Positions 1 to 9,217 of a stretch of 64,000 bases of DNA are shown here, piece by piece (position 1 is the stretch's first letter; each line of letters starts with the position of its first letter). Below the pieces are notes generated by a model. That model saw only the letters and a list, made by a program, of their open reading frames with translations. It was not told where the DNA came from and did not search any database. The DNA is taken from IMG/VR virus record IMGVR_UViG_3300021964_000013. The stretch is one strand, 5' to 3'. This stretch comes from a virus. A program made the position numbers and the translations under genes.

Positions 1-342
1 CAAGAATTTATCGATTACATAGAGCAACCCATTAAAGTTGGTGACGTGATTTACTATCCTATAGTTCTCAAAGAGGAGGAGGAATTTAAAGTCGAGGGAC
101 ATATAATGAAAAATTGTATGGGTAATCAATTTAATCATGGTATCGCATCAATATTCATATCACTAAGAAAGGGTAAGAAATGGGTCGATGTCCAATATCG
201 TAAGGGTGAAAAGACAATGTCATATGGTAAAGCCAACTCACCTGTACCATCTGACTTTAATGGTGCAGTAAACGTACTTACAAAAAGGATGAAGAAATAC
301 AAAGAAATCAAATGGGTTAAGGAAAAATACGATTTGATTTAG
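1..342 (+). CDS. 5'-truncated protein, PcfJ-like C-terminal domain
   Basis: Frame is open from base 1. The 'EGHIMKNCMG' motif resembles the PcfJ-like E(G)xxMxHCV motif. Confidence 0.45.
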   Translation, partial: QEFIDYIEQPIKVGDVIYYPIVLKEEEEFKVEGHIMKNCMGNQFNHGIASIFISLRKGKKWVDVQYRKGEKTMSYGKANSPVPSDFNGAVNVLTKRMKKYKEIKWVKEKYDLI

Positions 343-362
343 TCGAATTTTTTTCATATATT
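334..362 (+). promoter_or_regulatory. TTGAY-N18-TATATT promoter (putative middle class)
   Basis: TTGAT 334-338, TATATT 357-362. The same motif and spacing recur at six other intergenic sites. Confidence 0.7.
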
Positions 363-367
363 TTAGT

Positions 368-529
368 ATGCAAGAAAAAGAATCAAAAACTAATTGGCAC
401 TTTTGGATGAGTATGATCAAATCATTTATTCGAATGGGTGCTGCGATGTATTTAATGATGTCATCCTTTTTTTGGGCGGGGGCATTATTTATTGTTGCCG
501 AGATACTCGGAGTATTAGAAGAAATTTAA
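368..529 (+). CDS. Small membrane protein (53 aa; not in ORF track)
   Basis: Hand translation MQEKESKTNWHFWMSMIKSFIRMGAAMYLMMSSFFWAGALFIVAEILGVLEEI. It follows the promoter and abuts iscA. Confidence 0.7.
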   Translation: MQEKESKTNWHFWMSMIKSFIRMGAAMYLMMSSFFWAGALFIVAEILGVLEEI

Positions 530-530
530 T

Positions 531-860
531 ATGGTAGACATTACAGAAACAGCGTTAGAAAAACTTATCTCATTAATGATGGAGGGTGGTATAACACCTG
601 AAACACATAATTTACGTGTTGGGGTAAAAGGTGGTGGATGTAGTGGATTGCAATATGAAATGGACTTTGACGATGTGATCAATGAAGGTGATAATGTTTT
701 CGATCTTGACGCGATTAAGATTGTAGTTAATAAACCATCACTACTTTATTTGGCAGGAACTGTCTTAGATTATCAGGGTGGACTGAACGGTAAGGGATTC
801 GAATGGATAAACCCAAACGCATCAAGAACCTGTGGATGTGGTGAAAGTTTTAGTCTATGA
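531..860 (+). CDS. iscA: A-type Fe-S cluster carrier (IscA/HesB family)
   Basis: GGGCSG and C-terminal CGCGESF motifs. Confidence 0.95.
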   Translation: MVDITETALEKLISLMMEGGITPETHNLRVGVKGGGCSGLQYEMDFDDVINEGDNVFDLDAIKIVVNKPSLLYLAGTVLDYQGGLNGKGFEWINPNASRTCGCGESFSL

Positions 861-1264
861 GTGACAAACCACAAAAATATCCTGATAATATAGTTTGGAA
901 CGAAGAGGAGGGGTTTAACGCGAGTAAACTTCCATATGCATCTAACGTTGGCGCACCCTCAATTAAAATGGATGATGTGGGTGGATGGAAAAGTAGACAA
1001 GTTGTTAATGTCAACCATCAAATCAAAACAAAATTTGAAGAGTTAAGGGAGGAGTATAATAAGTTGGTTGATGAATACAATTGGAATCAACTTATCTATA
1101 AATCTAAGTATTCTTTCACCCCCGTAATAGGTCATATCTATCATCTTTACATGAATAAGAAGGATGAAGTATTCCTGTCCTTAATAAGTCCCGATGAGTG
1201 GAACCAACAGTTCGTAGGTTCATTCCAATTAGATTCCACAGAAAAATGGATTAAAGTTTCTTAA
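857..1264 (+). CDS. DUF2452-like protein
   Basis: 'LPYASNVGAPSI' and 'FTPVIGHIYHLY...FLSLISPDEW' match this Bacteroidota family as I recall it. Confidence 0.65.
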   Translation: MSDKPQKYPDNIVWNEEEGFNASKLPYASNVGAPSIKMDDVGGWKSRQVVNVNHQIKTKFEELREEYNKLVDEYNWNQLIYKSKYSFTPVIGHIYHLYMNKKDEVFLSLISPDEWNQQFVGSFQLDSTEKWIKVS

Positions 1265-1268
1265 AGGA

Positions 1269-1275
1269 TATTTAT
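1269..1275 (+). promoter_or_regulatory. TATTTAT putative late promoter
   Basis: Same heptamer lies shortly upstream of the starts at 1280, 1796, 5196, 8886, 9218, 13860 and 18991(-). Confidence 0.6.
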
Positions 1276-1279
1276 CTAT

Positions 1280-1771
1280 ATGTTGATATCCGAAGAAATC
1301 AAGCGTATAAGTCAATTAATGGAAGTTAAGTCCGTCAATCGCCCTGACCTACAGGGTGAGATGGATGAAATCCAAAGAGTGACTCAATACCTTAATAGGG
1401 AAGAAGGTTTCCACGTTAAGGTGAATGAGTTAGTTGATCTATTCGATAAATCAACAGAATCCACTTTATCTGATGATGTATGGTCTAAATTAGAAAACAC
1501 CGAATCAAATGAAATTAAGAAGGGTGATATGGATTCAGTCTACGACGTGGCAAAAAAGTATAATAAAAGTAATCCCGATAAATTAAAATCTAAGTTTGAG
1601 GATGGTACATATAAAAGACCACTAATCCTCAAGTTCAATAATAGATATCATTTGGTTGCTGGAAACACAAGATTATGTACTGCGGCGGCAATGGGGTTAA
1701 ACCCTAAGGTTTTCATTGGTACTTTAAGTACAGAAGATCAAATGGATACCGATAACAATTCGGATAAATAA
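1280..1771 (+). CDS. ParB/Srx-like domain protein with N-terminal 'ISEEIKRI..LM' motif
   Basis: 'RPLIL...YHLVAGNTRL' is a ParB-N-type GxxR motif. Confidence 0.55.
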   Translation: MLISEEIKRISQLMEVKSVNRPDLQGEMDEIQRVTQYLNREEGFHVKVNELVDLFDKSTESTLSDDVWSKLENTESNEIKKGDMDSVYDVAKKYNKSNPDKLKSKFEDGTYKRPLILKFNNRYHLVAGNTRLCTAAAMGLNPKVFIGTLSTEDQMDTDNNSDK

Positions 1772-1795
1772 AGTATTTATATATAAAAGAATTCC

Positions 1796-3196
1796 ATGGA
1801 AGAGTTAAGTAAGAAAGATATTTTAACATTAATTGGTGAAAACCTCACCACGGTTAGACATGCGGGGTATAAAGGATTCGATGAGGGTGTTGATTTAGAG
1901 GAGATGCCTCAGAAACCCGAAGACTTCCCAAAGAACGCACCTGACCCAACTAAACCAACAAAAAGATCAAAAGGCGTTGTTCCTAAGTGGACAAGATTAT
2001 ATGAAGCCGATGAAGAAGGTAAATTAGTTGAGCACGTAGGTTGGTACCATTTCGATCAGGCGAATGAAATTGCCACACCAATTATATTCACATGTGAATG
2101 GGATGAAATGATTCAAAGACATCCTGATTTAGTAAGTAAATTGAAGGAACAGTTTGGTGAAGTCAAATTTGCCAATGACGTATGTCCCGCATACGAGCCG
2201 GGTAGGAAGAAAGGTAATTTAGTTATACAACCCATACCGGGTGATGAGGGGTCAACCATGGACATTGAAGGTAACCCATATATTCCGAGTGAAGAAAAGG
2301 TAACTTACACAAGAGAGAAAATCAATAGAACTTTTAATGGAATATTAAAAGATGAAATCCAAAATGATCAAGATTTAATAAATGGTTTAAAGAAATTGAG
2401 TTTACCTCAAATTGTTATTGATGATACTAAACACAGGAATTCTTATAGTACCGTCAATAATGATGAGATATCTTTTCAATCACATAACATCCATTTATAT
2501 GAAACACAGAAACAATTCATCAAGGATGTTACTACGGCTGTTAGAACAAAGGATTTAGATCAAATCCCAACAAAAGATAATAAATCATTAAGAAGGTTAT
2601 ATAATACAAGATACACTAATTGGTCTAAAACAAGATTTACTCAATCCTCGGGTTATGGTAAAACACCTGTTTTCCAATTAGATCAAGGTGATTTCCCTAA
2701 TGATAAAACTTTTGAGGTTATGGTGTCGTCTGATGTTAAAATTACGGGTAAGTCAACGGACAAAAATGAAAATGGAGAGGTTACCCAATGGCAGTGGGAT
2801 ATCGAATACTTAGTGGAATACGCTAAGAAAGCACCAACAGATAGGGTGGCAAGAAAAATGATTAAAGACGGTGAGATTAATAAGACGGTTGTTGTTGATT
2901 TAAGTGAACCTAAGAAGTTCGACGGAGAAACGGAATTAAGTGATAGTGGTAGGATTGTTGGCGGAGACACCGGTGATCAACACCCATTAACCGATATTAA
3001 CGTTGTAGAAGGTTTAAAACAAGTTATTTCAGAATTTAAAGAAGAATTATTAAGTACTAACCCAACAACATCTATTAGAAGGGCAGTTACTAAAATTGAA
3101 GATTTAGGTGGTGAAAGAGCATTAAGAACAAGACCACAATTAAACGAAGACGACATTAGAGATTTAGTAAAGAAAACAATTAGAGAAAATAAATAA
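1796..3196 (+). CDS. Hypothetical protein, possibly virion-associated
   Basis: 466-aa ORF with TATTTAT upstream and C-terminal 'LNEDDIRDLVKKTIRE'. Confidence 0.6.
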   Translation: MEELSKKDILTLIGENLTTVRHAGYKGFDEGVDLEEMPQKPEDFPKNAPDPTKPTKRSKGVVPKWTRLYEADEEGKLVEHVGWYHFDQANEIATPIIFTCEWDEMIQRHPDLVSKLKEQFGEVKFANDVCPAYEPGRKKGNLVIQPIPGDEGSTMDIEGNPYIPSEEKVTYTREKINRTFNGILKDEIQNDQDLINGLKKLSLPQIVIDDTKHRNSYSTVNNDEISFQSHNIHLYETQKQFIKDVTTAVRTKDLDQIPTKDNKSLRRLYNTRYTNWSKTRFTQSSGYGKTPVFQLDQGDFPNDKTFEVMVSSDVKITGKSTDKNENGEVTQWQWDIEYLVEYAKKAPTDRVARKMIKDGEINKTVVVDLSEPKKFDGETELSDSGRIVGGDTGDQHPLTDINVVEGLKQVISEFKEELLSTNPTTSIRRAVTKIEDLGGERALRTRPQLNEDDIRDLVKKTIRENK

Positions 3197-3215
3197 ATAA
3201 AACCACCTAAAGATT

Positions 3216-3243
3216 AAAACCCGACCATGTGTCGGGTTTTTTT
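3216..3243 (+). terminator. Rho-independent terminator
   Basis: AAAACCCGAC-CATGT-GTCGGGTTTT followed by a T-tract. Confidence 0.85.
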
Positions 3244-3257
3244 ATACCATAATTTAT

Positions 3258-3286
3258 TTGACAAATATTAAAAAATTACGTATATT
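3258..3286 (+). promoter_or_regulatory. TTGAC-N18-TATATT promoter
   Basis: Directly after the terminator and before ORF 3306. Confidence 0.7.
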
Positions 3287-3305
3287 GATATCAAAACCGT
3301 AAATA

Positions 3306-3509
3306 ATGTTAAGTTTTCTTAGAGACGAGTGGATAAAGAACCCAAAGTATTCAAAATGGAGTGGCAGGAGATGTACCTATCATAAATGTGAATGTGATAA
3401 ACCTAAATTGGTCGAATTGTGGGACCAAGACAGTTGTATTAGGGGAAGGATAGATACGGTGGTATGTACCAAATGTGATAGAGTAAGTACGTTTAAAATA
3501 ATAAGATAA
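3306..3509 (+). CDS. Small Cys-rich (Zn-ribbon-like) protein
   Basis: CxC and CxxC motifs. Confidence 0.5.
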   Translation: MLSFLRDEWIKNPKYSKWSGRRCTYHKCECDKPKLVELWDQDSCIRGRIDTVVCTKCDRVSTFKIIR

Positions 3510-4000
3510 TGGGAACAAACTATTACAGAATCCCGTCCGCGGACGAGGTAAAGAAGAAAAGAGACATCTTAGTTGTTCAGGTTGAAACTATGGAGTTAAA
3601 CCCGAGTGACGTTGAAGGTGGGTTTAGATTTATCAGTCCCAATAAAGATTGGGAGTGGTTCAGTCCGTGGGATATGTTCATGAAAGATATGAACGTCCAC
3701 TTAGGTAAACGGAGTATGGGGTGGAAGTTCTGTTGGAATTTTCATGATAACAAGTACTACTCAAATAAAGAAGAACTTATTGAGTTCATCAAGTCAGGTA
3801 GAGTTGTTGATGAATATGGGGAGGAAATGTTAGTTGATGAATTCTTAGAGATGTCGTTTAATTGGGGAGAACCCGATGGATTGGTTGTGGATGAGGAATA
3901 TTACAAGAATAACGAAAGGTTATCATACTTTAATGATCCTAAATATTACGATAGAATAATTGATGGACTAAGAGTCTCATCATCAACCGAATTTACTTGA
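3509..4000 (+). CDS. Phage hypothetical protein
   Basis: 'MGTNYY...HLGKRSMGWKF...DEYG' looks like a widespread phage family. Confidence 0.65.
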   Translation: MGTNYYRIPSADEVKKKRDILVVQVETMELNPSDVEGGFRFISPNKDWEWFSPWDMFMKDMNVHLGKRSMGWKFCWNFHDNKYYSNKEELIEFIKSGRVVDEYGEEMLVDEFLEMSFNWGEPDGLVVDEEYYKNNERLSYFNDPKYYDRIIDGLRVSSSTEFT

Positions 4001-4665
4001 TTATGATAACACTATTTGAAAATTACGATCAAATGTCGGAGTACACCGCATCTTTAGTTGCGGAGGAAGTAACGAACAACCCTAACCTACGTTTAGGTTT
4101 ACCCACAGGATCAACACCGATTGGGATGTATAAAAATCTTATACAATTTGGTTTAGATTGGTCTAATGTAGAAACATATAACTTGGATGAGTATGAAGGG
4201 ATTAGTCATAGTCACCCCGAATCATATCACATGTACATGAATAAGAACCTATTCTTACATGTGAACTTAAAGAAGGAGAATATCCACTTTCCTGATGATC
4301 AATATGATAAAACCATATCGGGGTTTGGAGGATTGGACTTAACAATATTGGGTATAGGTCACAATGGTCACATTGCATTTAATGAACCCGGTTCTTCAGT
4401 AACCTCGAGAACAAGAAAAGTCAAACTCACTGAAGAGACAATAAATACCAACAGTAGGTTCTTTGATTCAATTAATGAAGTACCTAAGAAAGCATTCACT
4501 ATGGGAATGAAAACCATCAGAGAATCAAAGAAGATCATTTTAATTGCCAATGGTCAAGATAAGTGGGATATACTCAATGAATGTTTTAACGGTGAACTAA
4601 ATAAGGACAGACCTGCGAGTATATTACAGACACACCCAAACATCCAAGTATTCTATGCCGGTTAA
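3997..4665 (+). CDS. nagB: Glucosamine-6-phosphate deaminase
   Basis: LGLPTGSTP, NLDEY and LGIGHNGHIAFNEPG motifs. Confidence 0.95.
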   Translation: MIMITLFENYDQMSEYTASLVAEEVTNNPNLRLGLPTGSTPIGMYKNLIQFGLDWSNVETYNLDEYEGISHSHPESYHMYMNKNLFLHVNLKKENIHFPDDQYDKTISGFGGLDLTILGIGHNGHIAFNEPGSSVTSRTRKVKLTEETINTNSRFFDSINEVPKKAFTMGMKTIRESKKIILIANGQDKWDILNECFNGELNKDRPASILQTHPNIQVFYAG

Positions 4666-5170
4666 TAAATTAATGGTTGTTGCACACCCCGACGATGAAA
4701 CCTTATTCGGTGGGGGTGAACTACTAAAACACCAAGGAGAGTACAAGGTGGTTTGTTTAGATTACGGTAATCATTTGGTTAGACACAAAGAATTTATTTG
4801 TGCAATGGAAGAATTGGGAGTAACTAAATGGGAACATTGGGATGGTGAACCCTACAAATCCTCAACCGCATATAATGAGTCTATCTTAATACCAAGAATA
4901 GAAAGAGTCTTAAACGAGAAGAATTGGGAAAGGGTTGTCACACACAATCAAGGTGGTGAGTACGGACACTATAGACATATTGGAACCCACAATGTTATGA
5001 GTCGTTTATGTCCCGATAAGTTATGGGTTTTTGATACGTGTTCAGACAAACCCCTTGGTGAAGAGATAAAACGTATGAAGGGTCACGTTCTTAAAACATG
5101 TTACCCATCACAAGAACAGGTCTTAAGGTGGTTTAATTGGGGTTGTGAGAGGATAAAGAAATACAACTAA
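4655..5170 (+). CDS. PIG-L/LmbE family N-acetylglucosaminyl deacetylase
   Basis: AHPDDE and GEYGHxxH metal-binding motifs. Confidence 0.85.
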   Translation: MPVNKLMVVAHPDDETLFGGGELLKHQGEYKVVCLDYGNHLVRHKEFICAMEELGVTKWEHWDGEPYKSSTAYNESILIPRIERVLNEKNWERVVTHNQGGEYGHYRHIGTHNVMSRLCPDKLWVFDTCSDKPLGEEIKRMKGHVLKTCYPSQEQVLRWFNWGCERIKKYN

Positions 5171-5195
5171 AGTAATTAATTAGATATTTATTATT

Positions 5196-5471
5196 ATGGG
5201 TATAGATTTTTTAAAAATCATTGAAGCATTTAAGATCAAAATAAGTCCAAGTGAGAGTCAGAAAGAACTCGCACAGAAGAGATTGGATATTTGTTCTACG
5301 TGTGAATTTAGAAGAGGCGACATAGACTCCAATTTAACTTCATGTGGGAAATGTGGGTGTTTCATATATGGTAAAATATTTACTAATGAGTATGATGCGT
5401 GCCCCGAGGGTAAATGGTCAGAAATAGATAAACCCTATTTTAAAATTAAAGAAACAAAAACATTAATATGA
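5196..5471 (+). CDS. Cys-rich small protein (DUF6171-like)
   Basis: RLxICxxC...CxxCGC...CPxGKW pattern. Confidence 0.6.
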   Translation: MGIDFLKIIEAFKIKISPSESQKELAQKRLDICSTCEFRRGDIDSNLTSCGKCGCFIYGKIFTNEYDACPEGKWSEIDKPYFKIKETKTLI

Positions 5472-7072
5472 AGGCAGTCTTATTAGGTAACGACTTTATA
5501 AAGGACACTGACGGTACCTTTAAAATGTTAGAGACAAATACAAATCTTGCATTACCATTAAAACCAATTGCAAGTTATATAAATAAGGATGTATTAGATC
5601 AGTTCTTATTAGATAACGATATAACTGACATCGATCTAATTATACCTTCGGTAGGTATTGCCTCTTCCATTGACTATGATAACTCAGAATTATCTCATTC
5701 CACATTCCACTCCTACATAATTCAAAATTATGGTGAAACTTACAATGTTAGGACATGGACAACGAAGGGTGATAACATACCAACCGTGGAAGACGGACCG
5801 AACAAACTAATAATTAGAATTTCTTATGATACTAATGCGTTAGTTGACGATACATACTGTAGAGATAATTTTAATTTTCTAAAGTTAATGTACGATTCGA
5901 ATTCCAATTCCATACCCTCAACCTATTTTAATGATGGAGGTGATTTAACAATTGATGGTATTGGTACCTCTTTTAGGGATAACGGTAATTACCCTAACCT
6001 AATAATAAAAAAGAGATATCCAACAACAGACTACTTAGAATATCCCAAAGTTTTAAAAGTCACCACACCACAAGAACTTATCGATATAAAAAATTCATTA
6101 TCCTCCGATGAATTACTACAAGAATATATTGTAAATACCAATGATTTGTTGGAAGGTAAAACAAAAACATATAGACATTTATCTTTAGTTTATGGTTCTG
6201 ATTTATCTGTCTTAGATTTGTTTGAACCTTATGTTCATACAAACAAAGTTGCTCTTTCAGAAACTATTGATTATGTGGGTAATGAAATCCAAGTTTGGGA
6301 AAGACCTAAACTATTGCAGAAAATAGGAAATTATGAATACAATAATAGTTTACACGGCGATTCAAATGACACGGTAATATTAAGTGATGGTACGACCACC
6401 ACTTTAGGATCTCTTAGTGTTGGTGATGAAGTGAAGTCTTTGGATATATACAGTCTTCCCGATGAGGAAATGTCCTATAATAGTTGGAGTGGTGTAGAAA
6501 GTGACGTATTTAATAACACTATACCTACAACTTCTTCTGTAATTGGCAAGATTTCAAAACCATTAGGTTTATTCGTAAATGTTTTAGGTTTTGATAATGG
6601 TTTAACTATTTCGAATGTAAAAAAGACGATCATCCTTACAAAAACATCAGAAGGAAATATAAAGTTTACAACATTTGGTAGACTAAATGTGGGATCCCAA
6701 GTCGTTTTCGGGAGTCTGAGTGATGACTCTTTATCCACCGCAACCGTGACCTCAATTAACTATGAATTTAAATATTTGGTCGCTAACAGTGTTGACGTTG
6801 AGGATAAAGATGTCTATTTAGTTTTAGATGATCAGACTAACCCCATGTATTATACAATACACCATAATGCTAAGGGGATTCCATCAGAGAATTGTGCGTG
6901 TTGGATGAAAGAAAATGAATGGGATGATTGTATATGTGAACAACCCTGTATTTTTGACCCGGGGGAATGTGAATTTAGTCCATTTTTTATCGATTGTTGC
7001 CAAAGTGCTCCGAATTGTAATGGGATGTATACTAATTCCTTCGCAGCGAATCCTTGTGGTGAAGCAAAATAA
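5468..7072 (+). CDS. Circularly permuted ATP-grasp + Hint domain + C-terminal 10-Cys peptide
   Basis: ATP-grasp motifs GxDF...G..KMLETNT, IIKK and LLQEYI. Hint motifs 'TVILSDG...LSVGDEVKS' and terminal 'HHN' (Asn467). Confidence 0.65.
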   Translation: MKAVLLGNDFIKDTDGTFKMLETNTNLALPLKPIASYINKDVLDQFLLDNDITDIDLIIPSVGIASSIDYDNSELSHSTFHSYIIQNYGETYNVRTWTTKGDNIPTVEDGPNKLIIRISYDTNALVDDTYCRDNFNFLKLMYDSNSNSIPSTYFNDGGDLTIDGIGTSFRDNGNYPNLIIKKRYPTTDYLEYPKVLKVTTPQELIDIKNSLSSDELLQEYIVNTNDLLEGKTKTYRHLSLVYGSDLSVLDLFEPYVHTNKVALSETIDYVGNEIQVWERPKLLQKIGNYEYNNSLHGDSNDTVILSDGTTTTLGSLSVGDEVKSLDIYSLPDEEMSYNSWSGVESDVFNNTIPTTSSVIGKISKPLGLFVNVLGFDNGLTISNVKKTIILTKTSEGNIKFTTFGRLNVGSQVVFGSLSDDSLSTATVTSINYEFKYLVANSVDVEDKDVYLVLDDQTNPMYYTIHHNAKGIPSENCACWMKENEWDDCICEQPCIFDPGECEFSPFFIDCCQSAPNCNGMYTNSFAANPCGEAK

Positions 7073-7092
7073 ATTTATTAGATCAAAAAAAT

Positions 7093-7239
7093 ATGTCAAA
7101 CAATAATCAAAATACAACTTATAATACTTTAAGAGAAATAACATCTCTTGTTAGTAAGGTGACTGATACAAATGACACCTCATCAATTAAAAGTTTGAGT
7201 AGTCAATTTGCACAAAACATAATCAACAAACACTCATAA
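7093..7239 (+). CDS. Small Ser/Thr/Asn-rich protein (48 aa; not in ORF track)
   Basis: MSNNNQNTTYNTLREITSLVSKVTDTNDTSSIKSLSSQFAQNIINKHS fills the gap between the neighbouring genes. Confidence 0.6.
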   Translation: MSNNNQNTTYNTLREITSLVSKVTDTNDTSSIKSLSSQFAQNIINKHS

Positions 7240-7240
7240 A

Positions 7241-7867
7241 GTGAGATTATGTATCTTAACACAACCGAGGACTTCATCTACGAATTTATCTTTTCTTCTC
7301 GGTCGTTTGTCAGGATATGAAGTTTACAATGAACCATTTCATGGTCATCACGGTATTAAAAAATACCTAACAGAGCCCTTTACAAAAGATGATAACATCA
7401 TTCTAAAGGAAATGCCATTCTTCCACCAACCATTCGGTGTGGAGGGTAGTGACCAATTCTTTGAATGGTCTCAACAGAACTTCGACAAGGTAATATATCT
7501 TCTACGTAGAGATACTCAAAAACAGAGTGAAAGTTTCTGTTATAGATTAATCCTCTCCAATGAAGACCCAAATACCAAATGGCACGACCAAAAGGAGTAC
7601 GATATGAGTATCGTTCCCCTAAAAAAAATCCAATACGAGAAGGAACGTATGGACCAAAGGAATGAAATGTTCATAAATAACTCATCCATTCATTCCAACC
7701 CTTTATTCTACTATGAAGACCTAATCATTAATGAAGGTAATAACGAGAATATGATAAAATTAATTAATTACGTTGGTTTATCATTCGACAAGAACATCGT
7801 TAGAACCTACTACGGCATCAATAAAAAGTGTAGAGTAAACAGGAAAAAAACAAACACTTTGATTTAA
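7241..7867 (+). CDS. Sulfotransferase-like protein (Stf0-type)
   Basis: PRTSST 5'-PSB loop, NEPF, 'LLRRD..Q..S' 3'-PB motif, YYEDL. Confidence 0.7.
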   Translation: MRLCILTQPRTSSTNLSFLLGRLSGYEVYNEPFHGHHGIKKYLTEPFTKDDNIILKEMPFFHQPFGVEGSDQFFEWSQQNFDKVIYLLRRDTQKQSESFCYRLILSNEDPNTKWHDQKEYDMSIVPLKKIQYEKERMDQRNEMFINNSSIHSNPLFYYEDLIINEGNNENMIKLINYVGLSFDKNIVRTYYGINKKCRVNRKKTNTLI

Positions 7868-7887
7868 TAAAATATTTTTCGTATATT
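7859..7887 (+). promoter_or_regulatory. TTGAT-N18-TATATT promoter
   Basis: Exact motif and spacing, 6 nt before ATG 7894. Confidence 0.7.
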
Positions 7888-7893
7888 ATACTC

Positions 7894-8157
7894 ATGAAGA
7901 ATATTGATAAACTACATGAGATGTATCCGGAAATTGAACTACTTCAAGCGGACGGATTTGACGATGCAATCATAGGATTGGAACCTTTATCGGGAAAAGT
8001 AATCTATGATATTGATAGGATGGTTGGTGTCTTGGTTGAAGAGGGTCTTTCCTCCGAAGAGGCCATAGAATACTTAGATTTCAATGTATTAAATGCGTAT
8101 GTGGGTGAGAATACACCACTATACATTCAAACAATTGACGATGATGGATTTATATAA
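7894..8157 (+). CDS. Conserved phage hypothetical protein
   Basis: 'ADGFDDAIIG...EEAIEYLDFN...YVGENTP' family pattern. Confidence 0.7.
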   Translation: MKNIDKLHEMYPEIELLQADGFDDAIIGLEPLSGKVIYDIDRMVGVLVEEGLSSEEAIEYLDFNVLNAYVGENTPLYIQTIDDDGFI

Positions 8158-8356
8158 TTCTTACGAGAAGGCAATGAAAGTCATTGATAGTTGTGAGAAC
8201 GACATTCAAATGAAAGGTGCGATAACTTATTGTCACCTATTTAAGGATCAATTCATTAGATTAGGGGGTGATGAAACACTCATTAATGTATACCACAGTA
8301 ACTTAATAAAACATATTAACTATAAGATAAATGAGAGTTATAGGTACGTCAATTAA
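8141..8356 (+). CDS. Hypothetical protein
   Basis: ORF track; start moved to the ATG overlapping the upstream gene. Confidence 0.5.
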   Translation: MMDLYNSYEKAMKVIDSCENDIQMKGAITYCHLFKDQFIRLGGDETLINVYHSNLIKHINYKINESYRYVN

Positions 8357-8873
8357 AGATTGTTACGTCCTTCAGTGGGACAAGTTTAATGACCGGAGAG
8401 GTTACTTCCAAGTACCCTTTAACCAAGATATTTTTAATGAAGTTACGGATTTGGATTTCAATATAGTCCAAGAGAATGAATCGTACTCCAAAAAGAATGT
8501 TATAAGAGGATTACATTTCCAAAAACCACCTTACGAACAAGCCAAATTAGTTAGATGTACTTACGGTGAGGTAACCGATGTTATCGTAGATATAAGAAAA
8601 GAGTCTCCAACCTATGGTAGAGTAGTCACTGTTAAATTGAATGGTGGGGATTGTAAATCAGTATTTGTACCTCGGGGTTGTGCACACGGATTCTCAACCC
8701 AAACAAAGGCAATATTCAATTATAAGGTCGATAACGTTTATAATAAAGAGAGTGAAGGAGGTATTATCTATAATGACCCTAATCTAAACATCGATTGGGG
8801 TGTAAATAAGAAACCTAAAATATCAGAAAAGGATTTGGAACTACCCTTTTTCAAAGACTTAGATATTTATTAA
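8331..8873 (+). CDS. rmlC: dTDP-4-dehydrorhamnose 3,5-epimerase
   Basis: DxRGYF, QENES, IRGLHFQ, QAKLVRC, DIRKESPTYG and AHGF motifs. Confidence 0.95.
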   Translation: MRVIGTSIKDCYVLQWDKFNDRRGYFQVPFNQDIFNEVTDLDFNIVQENESYSKKNVIRGLHFQKPPYEQAKLVRCTYGEVTDVIVDIRKESPTYGRVVTVKLNGGDCKSVFVPRGCAHGFSTQTKAIFNYKVDNVYNKESEGGIIYNDPNLNIDWGVNKKPKISEKDLELPFFKDLDIY

Positions 8874-8885
8874 TAAAAGAATATT

Positions 8886-9161
8886 ATGTCAAAAGTCGTA
8901 AAGATCACACAGGAAGATCTCGAAAGAATAGTAGAGAATATAGTTAAAGAACAGGAAGAGTGGAAAGGTTCTATGGATCCTGAGATCATGCAAATGGGTC
9001 AACAAGGTCCTGAGGAATTTGGAGATGAACCTGAGGATTTAGGTCCTGAGGATGATTCCACGGCGGTACCACTACGTTTAGGTAAAGATGAGGAAGGTAA
9101 TTACTTTGTCTTTCAAGACGACGGGAGTGATAACCCAAAGATCTTTAAGATCAATAGATAA
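8886..9161 (+). CDS. Small acidic protein with 'KITQEDLERIVENIVKE' motif
   Basis: TATTTAT at 8864-8870 upstream. Confidence 0.6.
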   Translation: MSKVVKITQEDLERIVENIVKEQEEWKGSMDPEIMQMGQQGPEEFGDEPEDLGPEDDSTAVPLRLGKDEEGNYFVFQDDGSDNPKIFKINR

Positions 9162-9169
9162 TTCAATCG

Positions 9170-9191
9170 CCCCACGATCGTGGGGTTTTTT
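9170..9191 (+). terminator. Rho-independent terminator
   Basis: CCCCACG-AT-CGTGGGG followed by a T-tract. Confidence 0.7.
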
Positions 9192-9217
9192 ATTTAATTT
9201 TTCAGGTATTTATAGTT

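Noticed and set aside
6353-6868. Canonical splicing intein
   Set aside because: No Cys/Ser at the aligned position 1, Ala follows the terminal Asn, and there is no homing endonuclease. Treated as a cleavage-only Hint domain.
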